NCBI GenBank assembly: GCA_976551045.1
Contig: CDPCPM010000026.1
Span: forward strand, 5,890,001-5,954,000
DNA: 64,000 nt
From: Glaucostegus cemiculus
Lineage: Eukaryota
Direction of reading: 5' to 3'
Positions 22,800 through 36,134 of this stretch are shown here, one piece after another. How positions within the stretch are numbered: position 1 is the stretch's first letter; each line of letters starts with the position of its first letter. Position numbers and translations under genes: made by a program. The notes under the pieces were generated by a model. That model had not been told where the DNA came from, ran no database searches, and saw only the letters and a list, made by a program, of their open reading frames with translations.

Positions 22800-23110
22800 A
22801 TTGACGTCCTGGTCTCGTCCATCTCTTATTCTTCCCACCAAAGAGAATAACCTCGCTTTTACTAATGTTAAACGCCATCAGCCACCTTTTTGCCTAATCA
22901 CTCAATCTACATCCCTTTGCAATCTTTTCTATACAGCTTACTTTCCCAACAGTCTTTGCATAATTGTTACATTTTAATTGGTCATTTCATTCAAGTCACT
23001 GATATAGATTGTAAATGTCTGAGGCCCAGATCCCTGTGACAGCTGACTGCTTACGGCCCACTAACCTGAAAATGGCCAATTTATTCATACTTTGTTTACT
23101 TAGTAATTAT
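22800..23110 (-). mobile_element. Decayed CR1 RT fragment
   Basis: attcaagtcactgatatagattgtaaa..tgaggcccagatccctgtg is the antisense of a PQGS.LGP..FTIYI.DL-like RT motif. Confidence 0.55.
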
Positions 23111-23434
23111 ATTTGCTCCCCCCCACCCTTCCCCACCCCAAACCAAGGAGTTCTTCATATAAAAATTGAAAAGCATTGTACAACAATCATTTCATTGCCA
23201 AGGACACTGGTATTACAGTGGCATTCACACTCTGGTGGCATTGACAGTTAGTGGACAATAGTTGGAAAAGGTAATTGTTGATTTTGATAGACAGATTCTG
23301 GGGATTTCTCACTTTACTTTGTTTCATTTCATTTACTTATTCATCCTATGACTGTCCATATGTTAATTTTGATGAGATCTTATTCAGCAATGATTTAGTA
23401 ATCACCCAATTAAGATTAACAAGGTGCATTCATA

Positions 23435-23822
23435 TGGAACATAGAACATCACGTGAACAGGACCTTTGTCCCACAATGTCTGTGCTAAGCATGATGCCAA
23501 ATTAAACTAATTCCTTCTGCTTGTATGTGATCCATATCCCTCCATCCCTGGATATCTATGTGTCTGTCTAAAAGCCTCTTGAATGCCTCTATTGTATCTG
23601 TTTCCACTATGACCTCTGGCAGCACATTCCAGACACCTACCACTCTCTGTTTAAAAAAAACTTGTCCTACACATTCCATTTAAACTTTCTCCCTCTCACC
23701 TTAGAGCCATGCCCTCTAGTATTCAACATTTCTACCCTGCAAAAAAGATTCTGGCAGTCTATCTAATCTACGCTTCTCATCATTTTATAAATCTCTATTA
23801 GGTCTCCCCTCAGCCTCTGACA
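23435..23822 (-). mobile_element. CR1 3' portion
   Basis: ORF 23485..23679 reads FFKQRVVGVWNVLPEVIVETDTIEAFKRLLDRHI, the canonical CR1 ORF2 C-terminus. Confidence 0.9.
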
Positions 23823-26800
23823 TAATTTAGCATGGTACATTTCACTTCTGTACACCTTTCTAAAATCATCAAGCCTTATGTTCTTGAAAATTTTCCTCAT
23901 TCTCTATTGAAATGTTTGCTTTCATATGCAGTCAATGGTTTGCCATCACCTGCTGGACAATTAAGAGCCACATTTGTCTTTAGTTATCTGAGCAACATGG
24001 ACAGAGGTAGGATGAACTAGTCTCAGCAATACCAGCAAAAAAAGATGCACATTGTGGAAGAAGAATCCTATACCCATCGATGTCTAAGTCTTTTTTTTAC
24101 TGTGGTCATGTGTCTATTCCAGACCATACAACTTATCACTTCCTTCCTGGTCCTTCTTGGACTTGCAACTTTACTTCATCTGTTTTGATCTGTCACACTT
24201 TTTATCTCAGACAAAGAAAATTGCTTTTATTAATCACTGCCTTGCACTTTTCAATCAGTCTTTACAAATTTGCCTCGCCCTCATGCATGCCACAGCCGGG
24301 TGAATGAACTTTTCATCTTTTATCTCAATTAGGTTGCTTGTTAACTGATTAAAATGTGTGAAAGGAGCATCTTTTACAGGTGTATTTTTATTGACCAGTC
24401 TTTTCTGCTCTGATTAGTGAATTCATATTTGATTAAATGGAGGTTAAGAACATTGTTTGCTGTCACCATTTTGTCAGCCATTAACTTGAGAGAAAAAAAA
24501 TCAACTTTTTTTAACCAAAAATATATATTCTATAGATCTATGGAGGAATTCGAACACACTGGCATATATTGCAAATCATTATTAACTGTGCACAAAATTG
24601 ATTCAGTCTCAACTTTCTTCTGCCCAAGGCTGTTTTGCTCCGTGTGAAAGCTATGAAATTGCTTAAATGTTTTCTTCTGGCAGTTTCTCTGCAACCATTT
24701 AAGTTGTTGGTGTGAGGTAGAGTTTCACCACACAGTTTTAATAAAGTTCTCCATTTGAGTTAGCAGTTCAAATAACCTCGTTGTTTGATGTGAGTTATTA
24801 GAAGACAAGGTCAGACTTGATGTTATCATCAGTTGCAGTGGAAGAGTTCAAGGTTCAGGTAATGATGGTTCAGGTATCTGAAACAAAGACTTGGAATTAA
24901 TTCAGACTTTTAAAGGACTTATTCAGAAAAGGGTCACAGGATTATGTTCCCTCTTGTTCAATACCAGGAAAGGAAAAATATCTTAAATTTATAGACTCTT
25001 TTATCCACCTTATAACAGTTAGCATATATGTTCATGTCATTGCATGAAATATACATAAGAAAGAAGTGCTTTGAATAAAGTATCTTAACCACCAAAAACA
25101 GTTAATTTTCTGAGTATATCAATACATATATCCTGAAATTATATATGGAATACATTGGGAGATGTTAACTTATTTTAAATAAATCAATTGGCACTAATAC
25201 CAAAATAATCAAAAGAAATATTACAGACAAGTGTATTAAATTGCTGATGTTGCACAATATATATTGTTGTGTATGACATTCGGGTTAAATACAAAAGAAA
25301 AAAATTCAATGAGAGTTAAAGTTAATGACTAATACATTCTAGGCTATGATATATTTCCAGTATGCATGCTAGAACTTCCATATTGAGTTTTCCCAAATTT
25401 GTTCTGAAATGTTTTGTGGTTGGAAAGATCATGACCATACCGTTTTTCCTAAGCAGATTAATTTCAGTTGATAGTCAGTTACTTGCCAAATGAAGCCATG
25501 GCAGAGATGTTATATGACCTCACTTTCCAGCTCTCTGCTTTGTGGGAACCTAAAGCCTTGTTGTTCTGTTATTCAGGTTCTCCTACATGCAGCAGTACCG
25601 TCTCACACTCCCTGTTTCTGGAGCTCCTTTGCACTTCGCCTTTCCAGCCATATTATTCAAGCAAAGTGCAACATCTTAATGTAAGGAGGAAGATGTATTG
25701 GAACATTTTCAAACATTGCTTGAAATGATTCAGTACAATTTGAACTTAATTAGTGATGGTCCTGTGATCTTCTCCAGTTTAGTGAGATTAGGAACTATGC
25801 CACATAGAGCATAGCTCCTAATCTTAAAAACTACCCGAGACTTTAAAGGCTCACATCTTAGTGCAAATCAAACCTGAGCCTTCCTATTCTATGTGGTAAA
25901 GTCCCTAATCTCAGAACACAGAAAATGCAGCAGGGGTCCTTCTCCTGATCATTGTTCTCCTGCAGATACCCAGCAAATGTAGGATTAGGATTGGCTGTGA
26001 TAATGATCAGAGTCAAGTGGCTCATTGGCACATGCTGCCCTAATTCCAACATGAAGAATGAAAACATTGCCAGGTTACTGAGTGCTGTCAAATGAGCAAT
26101 ATCAGCAGAAGGCATTCTTGTGGATATTGCAGGGAAGTATTGGAATATCCCTGTGTAAGTGTAACCAGATTTATGATTCCTACATAGGCACATGCGAATG
26201 CAAAAAGCCTGAACTTGCAAACCTCTGCTTTTGTCAGTCTTTTTCCTACTGCACTCCACTGTTGGACTTCCCATCCACATGATATAGCAATTTCCTGGTG
26301 CCTATAAATGGAGAATCTGCCCATTAACCACTCCATTTATTTGAAAGGAATGGTTGCAAAGGATCAAGGTAATTATTAGATAGCTTGCATTCATTTTAAT
26401 TATTGAGATTAGTTTGAAGTTTAATTATTAAGGGTCCTTAGTTTTTTTTAAGCTTCATTTCATTATTAAATTCTATTGATCTCCCAAGTTTTTGAATGTT
26501 TCTGAATGCTTCTGAATGTGAGAGATATTCAGAAACCGTTATGTTCATGTTTGGGTTTTGGTCAAGCTCTGTCACATGAGGGAATCAATGTGCACAAAGC
26601 CCTGCCATTGAATATGGAATTGCAATTGAGGATTGGGCCAGATGTTGACAGTGAGGAGCTGCTAAAGGTAAGCATGACCTGTTGTGTAGGGCTGGCAGAG
26701 AGTTTAGGTGGATTATCACCAATGGGAAATTCTGAGCCCATATCTTGAGGAGAATAAAACTCTGGAGAAATAGATATTTAAACAGCAAAATAGCTCCTAT

Positions 26801-27123
26801 TTAAAATGAACTAGAAAAATTAGGTTGTTACAAAAGTGGTGCTTGGTGTGTTATTTTAACTTCATTGTGGAGTGAACATGGTGAATTTATTGTATCTATC
26901 TCACGGGCATATTCCTATGAATCACATGAATTTGACAAATTTGAATGTCAGCAACTTTGGTTATAATTTAGTATAAACTTTGCTTCTCAAGGGAATACAA
27001 GTGACAATGTTGTGTGAGCTACTTTAGTAATGCTTTATGTAGTCATTGTCAATAAATGTCTCAGACAGCACTACCACAGCCTATGGGTCAGTCTGCTCTC
27101 ATGGCAAGGTCAGATCTACTTGA

Positions 27124-27323
27124 TGAAAAACACGATGATGCTGGAGGAACTCAGCAGGCCAGGCAGCATCTGTGGAGAAAAGCAGGTGGTCAACGTTTCA
27201 GGTCAGGACCCTTAATGTTGGCCACCCGCTTTTCTCCACAGATGCTGCCTGGCCTGCTGAGTTCCTCCAGCATCATAGTGTTTTTCACCAAGATTCCAGC
27301 ATCTGCAGTCCCTTGTTTCACAC
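27124..27323. mobile_element. 200-bp fold-back Penelope-like terminal-repeat insertion with TSD
   Basis: It has 74-bp inverted arms 27124-27197 and 27214-27287 (70/74 complementary), a 16-nt loop, and the TSD ATCTACTTGA at 27114-27123 and 27324-27333. Confidence 0.85.
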
Positions 27324-27419
27324 ATCTACTTGAAGAAGGTACTCAATAGATGCAGTTGAGTCTAAGTCTTGACCTGGAAGTCTTGAGAGGCCATTAAGTT
27401 TCATGATTTTGAGTCAAAC

Positions 27420-29030
27420 AAAGGCAGGGGATCATCAAGCATCCCATCCTGCTTACACACTGCAACCTCCTGTTGATAAACATATACTCTTCCATGTTGA
27501 ACGCCATCTGGAAGAAACACTGAGTGAAGCTCAAGCACAGAGTTTGTTCTAAGTTTCAATATCCACTCCTAAGAGTATACTGCTGGCCAAGATAACTGAG
27601 CCTTTGAGCTCATAGTTGCTGAATAAGAGAGGTTAAATGCTGAAATAATCAAAATATGAAAGTGAGAGTTACCTCATCCATGCTCTCAGACATGTCTTTC
27701 TATGATAGCATTAGTGTGTGACCACTATACAGACTTTGTTAAAGTAAGTTTCCTTTTCACATTAAGGACAGCATCCATCATGTAATATGACGCTTGCTAA
27801 GAGGGGTAGCTGGCAGATGTAGCATCACTATAGTGTTGAGTATCATTATCAGATTTTTTTAAACTACTGTAATTTGTAACATCATGTCCAGGCAAAATCC
27901 ACACTCGTCCATCATTGTCAAACTGAAACAATGATCCCATTGAGTGGAGTGGGTTGAAGAAATAGCAGGAGCATCAACAGGCATACCTTAGAATAAACCA
28001 CAGAAAGCCATAACAAAGAACAAATTAAACAGGATGACAACCCACGATCAGGACAAAGCTCTCTACTCCTTCTATTCCCAGATGAGAAAGAACAATTGGG
28101 CATTGGAAGGAGGAAGCTTTATAAACATTCCCATTAATTACTGTCTTGAGTCTAGTACAAGAGTGGGAAAGACATGATGAGATTTCTTGTAGATATCTTC
28201 AGCCAAAACTCTGGCTTCTTCGAGGCCTTCTCCAATATATGTCCAATTTTGTTTATTTATGTCGATTGCGCTTTTTCCCCATAGATGCTGCCTGACCCAC
28301 TAAGTCCCCCCAGTGCTGTTGTGTGATGCTTCAGTAAGACTGAGACAGCATTCAGACTTTGAGAAAGGAACAGAAGGTAAGACTTGTACTTTGTGGCTTT
28401 TTCCAACAAGAGGGCTGTCCTTGCCATCCACCCAATACCGTCACCACAAACATCCTGGAAATCCATGCTGCAGCTACAAGAGCATGAGAATAAATAGGTA
28501 AATGGCAATATGGCCTGTTTGTGTGCTGTATGACTTCATAATTATAACCTTCTAACTCCTTTCTGTGATTCTGTGGGAATAATACAGGTGTCTAATAGAA
28601 TAAACATCATTTGTAACTGCAGCACCCAATAAGCTTGTCACCAGCTGAGAAAGGACTGTCCCCTGGACCAGCACCTTTGCCACTTGACACAATCCAGCTT
28701 GCGTACACCGCAGCAACTTGCTGAACTTTCTTGCATAGCACTTCCTACCCTCTCTCATCTTAGTCATCAAGAACAATAAACTCATGGGAGCACTATCAAT
28801 TTCAAGCTTCCTTCTAAAATGCCTGCTATCCTGATGTGTATATATACCAAGATTGCTTTTATTGTCACTGATTTAAAATGTCCTATCTTAACTCTAACTT
28901 TGGAACTTTATTAGCCGAAGGAACAAAATTATTCGAGAAGTCTTATCACCACTTTCATAGGTAGCTAAAAATGTGTAATTACTATAGCTTTACCAGCTTC
29001 ATTCATATCCCAACAACAATAAAAAGAAGC
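27420..29030 (+). mobile_element. Heavily deleted L2-clade LINE (AP endonuclease to 3' end)
   Basis: About 27455-27570 translates to PPVDKHILFHVERHLEETLSEAQAQ..FNIH, an APE-like Y.PP...GDFN.H region. The 3' part 28590-28980 parallels 10950-11350. Confidence 0.6.
28258..28333 (+). mobile_element. Penelope-like terminal repeat fragment
   Basis: It reads ccatagatgctgcctgacccactaagtcccccagtgctg. Confidence 0.55.
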
Positions 29031-32000
29031 CTCCATGTATCTAATTTTGAGACACAAAAAGCAATGACATGATGTGGATGTTACATGTATATCAAACATC
29101 TTATCCTTTGTACATGTCTGTATGACTAATGTGAGTCTGATTCCCTTGATGACAGCTGTGCTGAATGCCTGTATAAATGGACAGAACGGTTGAACTGGAT
29201 CCAGGTAATTTGGATCAGATAGGTCAGACTTCTATTGTATAAATAGGAATCATGTCAACTAGAACAGGGCCTACAATTTCTCTGGCATTTCTGCCACTGC
29301 CATCAAACCTCATAAAAACTCCTATGTGCCCTATTTGTCCTTAGTGTTGACAGTGATATCCTGCACTGTGCTTAGGACTCTGCTTGACAGTTATACCCTG
29401 TGGTGTGTTACAGTATCTGTGTTGACAGAAACATCCCTGTGGTCTTCTGTGAAGAGCCAGATCAAGTGGTAATTGAATTTTAGACCAAGGAATGTAATTT
29501 TCTTACCAACCTTGTGTGTGTCCTAAAAATGTATTGTGAGATGATTTTCTGTAAGAACTAGTAGGGATATTTACTCCTCATTTAACGTTCCTGTGTGCCT
29601 TAGTTTTGCTGACTGTAACAAAGCATGAGTATTTTGTGACCACCACAGCTTATGAAGTATATGGCAAAGAGTTTAAAAAATGACAGCTTCTTTTAACCTT
29701 GGTTAATTCTAACTACCTATGCACTTTTGTTATTCACTTACTATAGATGTATCTTAAAAATTAGCACTTACCTTTTGCAAGTTGTATTATTTTAAAATGT
29801 GCAGTGTTTGCATTTATAAAATTTGTTGTTTTCAGATTACCATGAAGGTAGCTATATATTTCATGAGTATTTTCTTTTAGCTTAAGGGCTAATTTCATAA
29901 TGAAAATGTGGAGGAAAGGATCAAATGGAACAGTATATTGGTAAAACCTTGTGTTTCTAGGAGTATATAAGCTGAAAGGTGGGCTCACATCTCTCAACTG
30001 CTCCATAAAAGCTGTAACCTAAATCTACTATACTTGGACAAGCTTCCTCTGCCTCGCAGGTATTTGAATACAAATGTGTCTTTCATGTTAGTGATTGAGG
30101 GTCTAAACCCTGCAATAAATGAAACATATAATCTCCTTGATTCTCAGTCACATTGCCCTTTGATTTTCTCCTGGTTATTTTACCTCTTTGTCCAAATGGT
30201 AGAATCAGATTTCCTTTGGAGAATCTAAGAATGTTGGAGAGAATTTATTTTCTATTGTTGATACATTGATCTTGAGACAGTGTTGAATATTCGTTGATTG
30301 CTGCTATAGTAAATTCAGAGAGAGCATATAACAGTGTATTTTTTAGTTTAATGCTTGCTGATAGTTTATTGTCCCCAACACATGAAGAGCATTAAAATCA
30401 AAATTAATTGTATTTTTTTTAATCTCTGTGTAAAACCTCCTAAAAACAAGCACCCTCTCCCTCTTCTACCCAGACAATTGGCAAACCCTTTAGCCCAATA
30501 AGAATTTTAAAAAGAAGCTGTCAGATAAGTAACCAGTGTTGTTAAAAATTGTCTTCTTAGTATGTCAGGCATGAAAATAGGATCAGTCCTTGCAAACAGA
30601 AAGCCTTGACTTAAAGCTTTTTTAACTCAAAGTGTGTCCATCTCATATTAATCATTAACATGCAGGGTTTGATTTTATTTTCAAAATTAGCTAATGCATA
30701 TTTGTACTTAAGTACACAATTTATATGCCTCTGCCTCTGGACTGTATCTTTTAATACTACCCAAATTCAGATGTGTATAATGCAGCTTATGGCATGCATC
30801 CATGCTCAGTCAAGCAGTTTAAGCTGTTGTGCTGCAAATAATGACTTCCAGAATTCCTTATTGATCATTTATAATCAGGAGTTGCAACAAACTGGACTTC
30901 ATTTGATTTTGTTTTTGCTCTTTTTTCCATGAAGTATACAACACGTTTCATTTCAAGCACGAAATATTTGTAACAGGTTGTACAGTAAAACATCTGAAGT
31001 AGTACTGCCAGAGTTCAAAATTCAGTGCTATTTCTGCAGTAAAGAAAAGAATAAGATTCCACTTTTAAATTTGGCCAGGCCCTAGCATTTGAATAACTCT
31101 CCAACTTTCACCACAAAATTAAATAAAAATTAAAGTTGGAGCAGATAAGATTCTATGGTTCTTAAGCAGACACTGTAAAATCAGGCTTTTAAATGTAGAA
31201 GCCTGAGTTGAAATCTAATTGATAAAATTGCAGTTGTTTTTGTCCATTTATCCCCCTTCTCCAGCTGTTTTTCTGATATAATTACAGTGGAACATGGGAG
31301 AACCTCGGCAAAAATTCGAGGCAGTGACTTCTGTGCTTGGGATTCGGTTATTCCATTCAGTGATAACGTTACATCTTCTGAAACATTGAATGTGCTCACA
31401 TGTCTAATGTGAAGTCGTGAAAAGGCATATATGATTTCTTTTATTTGGGGCTCAGTGTAACTCGCTGAAATTTTGGAGAATATTCTTCAATACCTTTTAG
31501 GCATTCCTCCTTTCAGCTGCACGCACACAAATTCTGGACCATTGCTGCTGAATCCAAGCTCACCAAACACTGAATTTCACTGAGGTAGAATCAGTCCAGC
31601 TTATGAGATCATATAGACCTGGATATAGGAGAGAAAGGAATTGGCCTGCTGATGGAGGGTCCCATTAGCAGTACAGTGAAGATTCCCATGCCAAATCCAC
31701 ACCTGAGTTTCCATCATGGAAATTTATTTTCATAACTGATTGCTGGTAGCTATATAAAAGCAGGAATTTATAACTGGAAACTATAAATGGACACAAAAAA
31801 TAATGGTTTCAGATGCAAGTGATGCTTTTGGTACATCGGGAGGTAATGGTCCAGTTTCTGTAGCAAGAGCTTCAGGACAGAAAGTTGTTGATACTGTTTA
31901 TCCTTCCAATATTTCATAAATCTCAGGGCTTTTTTTTGCTCGTAAGACAAGGTCACACCAACGGTGATCCAGTTTCAGGACCTTGACCTGTTTGAGGATA

Positions 32001-32139
32001 CTGCCTTCTACATCACTGGGAAATGCCACCTCTGGAGGGTAGGGCGGGATGGAGCTGGTGGGTTCCTCGTGCTCAAGGTTTATATTACTTCAGTGTTGTA
32101 TTATTCGTCTCTCCACTGATAGGACATTCATTAGTGTCA

Positions 32140-32492
32140 TGTTTTTCATAACTTTAGGACAGACCAAAGTATGTTTGAGGCACTGAAGTACATTTTAAGT
32201 GTAGGAACTACTGTAATGCAAGAAAGGCAGCAGTTAATTTGCGAACTGCAAGCTGCAATGTCAACAGATAAGCTACTTCCAATGATTTTGGTTGGATACA
32301 CAAGGCAAGTATACCAGTCTCCACTTCTCTTCAAAATAATGCCATGGGATCTTCTATGTCCACCTGAAAGGACACAGAAAGTCCTTCTGACAATGCAGCA
32401 CCCTTTTACTAGTGTCAGGTCTCAGCAGTCGGACTTGAACTCACAACCAGTTTATTCAGCAGCAAGAATGCTACCATTAAACCATGGCTGAT
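32140..32492 (-). mobile_element. Deu-domain tRNA-SINE (SacSINE1-like), near full length
   Basis: The minus-strand head has B-box GTTCAAGTCC (plus-strand ggacttgaac 32431-40), and the core reads ctcttcaaaataatgccatgggatcttctatgtccacctga. Confidence 0.7.
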
Positions 32493-35261
32493 AGCCGTAC
32501 ATTCACACAGTTAACTATAATAATTTCATGTGCAACTTCAGTGCATGAGCTACTTGAAGGTTTTGCAATGAAGCAGCATTTTGGCTTCTAACAAAAATAA
32601 AATGATTCCAATAATTGCTGAACAATACTTAAAAGCAACTTGTGCTTATGGTGGGGGGAAAAGAAACTTTTTTTAGCTGAATTGAGATCTCCTGTACATG
32701 CTGTAAGTTTATATTTAACTATTTCTTTAAAATTTACTGGACTCTGTTGTGAAACTTCAGCCGGAAATATGTGAAACAAGACCTCAGCAGTTGTAGAGCC
32801 TTCATTGTATCAAGCTGTAATGGGCATATATTAGCCAGCAGTGAGAATTGTTTTAATTACCTTGTCTCACAAAGAACAGCCTGAATCAGGAGAATAAATG
32901 CACTGCATCAATCCAGACTATACCTTTGAAGCCTACTACTGCTTTTCAGTCATGCTAAGAACAATTTTGCAATGCAATGACACTTTTTAAAATAACATAA
33001 AAGACCGTTTTAAACAAGTATTATAAGATCTGTACAGCACTTCTCATCGAGCTTCTCTTAGTCAAGCTTGACATAGACCCTACTTAGACACAGTTTAGTC
33101 CATCAGTTTTGAGTATTCTAATGAGCTGGGGTTGAATAACCAGTGATACTGATGAACATTAAAGTATTTTCTGTCACGTGCATTGTAGCCGTGTGTGATC
33201 TGGTCTTAAGGAACAATCTGCAAAAGACTTATTATGCTGAAATATCTCACTGTCTATAAGCATATTGAAATAACAAAATAAACAATTCTAAAGTTTTTGT
33301 GATGAATTTGTTCCAGTTGTTCTTGGATTATTTCAATATAATGTAATAAATCATTTCTTGCTCTGTTAAACCTAACTATACTAACATCATTGGTTGTGAA
33401 TTTGATAGTGAAATTGGCATGATATTGATCTAAAAATGAGATATACCAGGGATTTTGAAGTTTCTTATATATTGCTAATGGGGTTTGTTTAAATCGCGGC
33501 ATATCTATTGACCATTGATATGATGTGCCAGAATACATTGAAAGGATTTATTCACAGCATAATAAATTTGTAAAGCCATGTTTCTTATGATCATCTTTCA
33601 TTTAAAAATCCTGGTGAACTTGCTTTAAAAACTCTTTGATTCTTGGGTATATGTTACTTTTTAGCCTTTAATACTCCATGTTTAATCACATCATAGATTT
33701 TAGCATATCACTGATATGAGGCTGGTTTGATTTTAGCATATCAATTTTTGTGTTAATTGCATGTTAAAATATCTCTTAATTATATGTGAACAACTTGAAC
33801 AATTCTTATCTTTAAAGGACGCTTAACTTGTACAGCAAAGTGTTTATAATTGTTTGGGCTAACTTCTATGAACAATTTTACTGTAATTACAGATAAAATC
33901 TAGCTGAAGAATGAGCACATTAGGTTTATTATGCGGTAAGCTTAGTGTATTTCCAAAAACGCAGCTTTCTGCCTATCTTCACACTGAAGGGCATATGCTC
34001 ATGATCACTAAAAGTTGCTGCCATATCTCTGCTTCAGTAGAATCTATACATGGTTAAAATTTAAAATGTGGCTCTCTCAATAGCCTTGGGAGTTGAAATT
34101 TACAATTGGGCTTCTACAGGGCGGTAATCAGTTATGCAAACCTGTGATATTAGAGCTCATAAAAGAGCCACAATTTATACAAATTCACATATATTATTTT
34201 CCCTTATTGATAATAGTCTCTGGCACCACTCATACTGCACAGGCTGTTAACAGAGCTTTCCAAGTAACCATAAGATATTCATCTTGGAGAAATAAGCCTG
34301 TGAAGTCAGCTACTTGCTTGCTGCAAACCAGAAAATGACAGTGTAGGCAAATCACCTGCCCGTTGTCTCACACAGCTGTCCTACCCACTTGTCATCCTTC
34401 ATTGACCCCCAAGAATGTCTTTGATCTCTTTGCTGACACCGGCAGGCCTGACTGTCAACACTCCCATGGATCCCCATCCCCAGTGGAGGTGTTGGCTCTC
34501 CCCTGCACCTGCCTGTGTACAGGTGTCAGTTGCTGTTTTCATTCTCATGGATAAATGAGCAAAATAGCTCTCAAGTCTGAGCATTCTGTTGAACAGGTGC
34601 AAATACTTAAATGACAGCCATAACAGCTTTTTATATGGTTCCAAGTTAGTTCCAACCACCTTACTTCCTTTCCTTACTTCACTTGCTTTGATATATAACT
34701 TTATGACACCACTGAAATAATTTTTAATGTATAATTTGTTCAATCGACTCTATTTTACCTGGCAAGGACATTATCTATACTTTATGCTTGAGATGATTTA
34801 ATTCACTGTGAAGCACTTTGGCTGAGATAATATCACGTTAAAAGCCTGGGATATAATTAGTATGGTTTCTTATTGCTCAACTGGTAAACTGCACAATTCT
34901 GAAAGGCCCCAACCTATATCACTGTTGCCTTTTATCGTGACTGTTCAATTGATTTAGGGAGCAAACATTATTCAGGAAAGAAGGTTAAAAATTGTGAGAA
35001 ATTTCAGTTAACATGACGTAAATGTAAACTGAACTTTTGATTGCTCCCATCTTAATAGTGAAGATTCATCTTAAATCATGCTTGATATGCTAGTTAGTGC
35101 AGAACAGAGAAACAGTCTATGGTGACTTTACAACATGGTACTAACCCCTACAAAGTTTTTAACTGAAGTTATAGAAAAATATAATCAAGAGTAAAGTAAC
35201 ATTTAATATTTAAGATAATGAAGCAACAAAACAAGCCAAGCCAAATACGATAAAGTTGTTT

Positions 35262-35408
35262 AAAAGGCTCCTAGATAGGCTCATGAATGTGCAGAGAATG
35301 GAGGGATATGGATCTTGTGTAGGCAGAAGGGACTAGTTTAGTTAGGCATTTAATTAGTTCAGCACATTATCATGGGCTGAAGGGCCTGTTCCTGTGCTGT
35401 ACTGTTCA
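35262..35408 (+). mobile_element. CR1 3' tail
   Basis: It reads aaaggctcctagataggctcatgaatg..gagggatatgg...gggctgaagggcctgttcctgtgctgtactg. Confidence 0.8.
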
Positions 35409-36134
35409 GGGTCTTGAAAGGATTGTTCTACAAAATGTACTTTATGCAGCAAAATAACAGAAGCACAGAGATCTGCAGTATATGGACTGTATGCCAATTC
35501 CAAACTAATTGAATGAGATTTTCCCATTAAACTCTATTAAGGAATCATTATGCAATTCTATACTTCAATCTAGTGACTTGAAAATAATCTTCAATGGATC
35601 ATTAGAATGAACACTCTGAGGAAAGTATACACAATGCCCAAAAGTGATGATGTCCATCAAATGGTTATGTATGGTTCTGTATGATTTGAGTTTCTTGTTG
35701 TTCGGGAGAGAAAGGTTTCTCACCTATTTGATAAGAAAATTCCTAAACCAAGAGAACTGCTCACAGACCTGCTCAAAAGTGGCAGGACAGTCAGATTTTT
35801 AATGTAGTAATTACCTTGAGTGGAAATCTCACCAGAGCAATGAACAGTGGCAAGTGTCTTTTGCAGACTGGGGTCCACTTACCAATGTAACATGTTAACC
35901 TTTCTTTGACATTATGAAAAAGACAGGATTCTCAAAGATATCACATGATCATTCATACTCCATATTTCTAAGGAGGATTGTCTAATTTCAATGGGCCACA
36001 TGGTACTGGATCTGATTCACTGCCCCAAGCGTGATGCCCATTTACCAGTGATAGCCATGTTCATAAGACATTTTTCTTTAAAAAAAGTTCAAAAAGGCTT
36101 TTAAAGAAATCTATTAAAGTAATTGAAAATTCCT

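Noticed and set aside
25858-26336. Overlapping Cys-rich ORFs
   Set aside because: There is no domain pattern or convincing splice structure.
27030-27349. ORFs spanning the palindrome
   Set aside because: They are translations of the non-coding terminal repeat.
5298-28333. Recurrent CTCAGCAGGTCAGGCAGCATC motif as a CRISPR-like repeat
   Set aside because: Copies are dispersed, in both orientations and irregularly spaced, in eukaryotic DNA. Penelope-like termini explain them.
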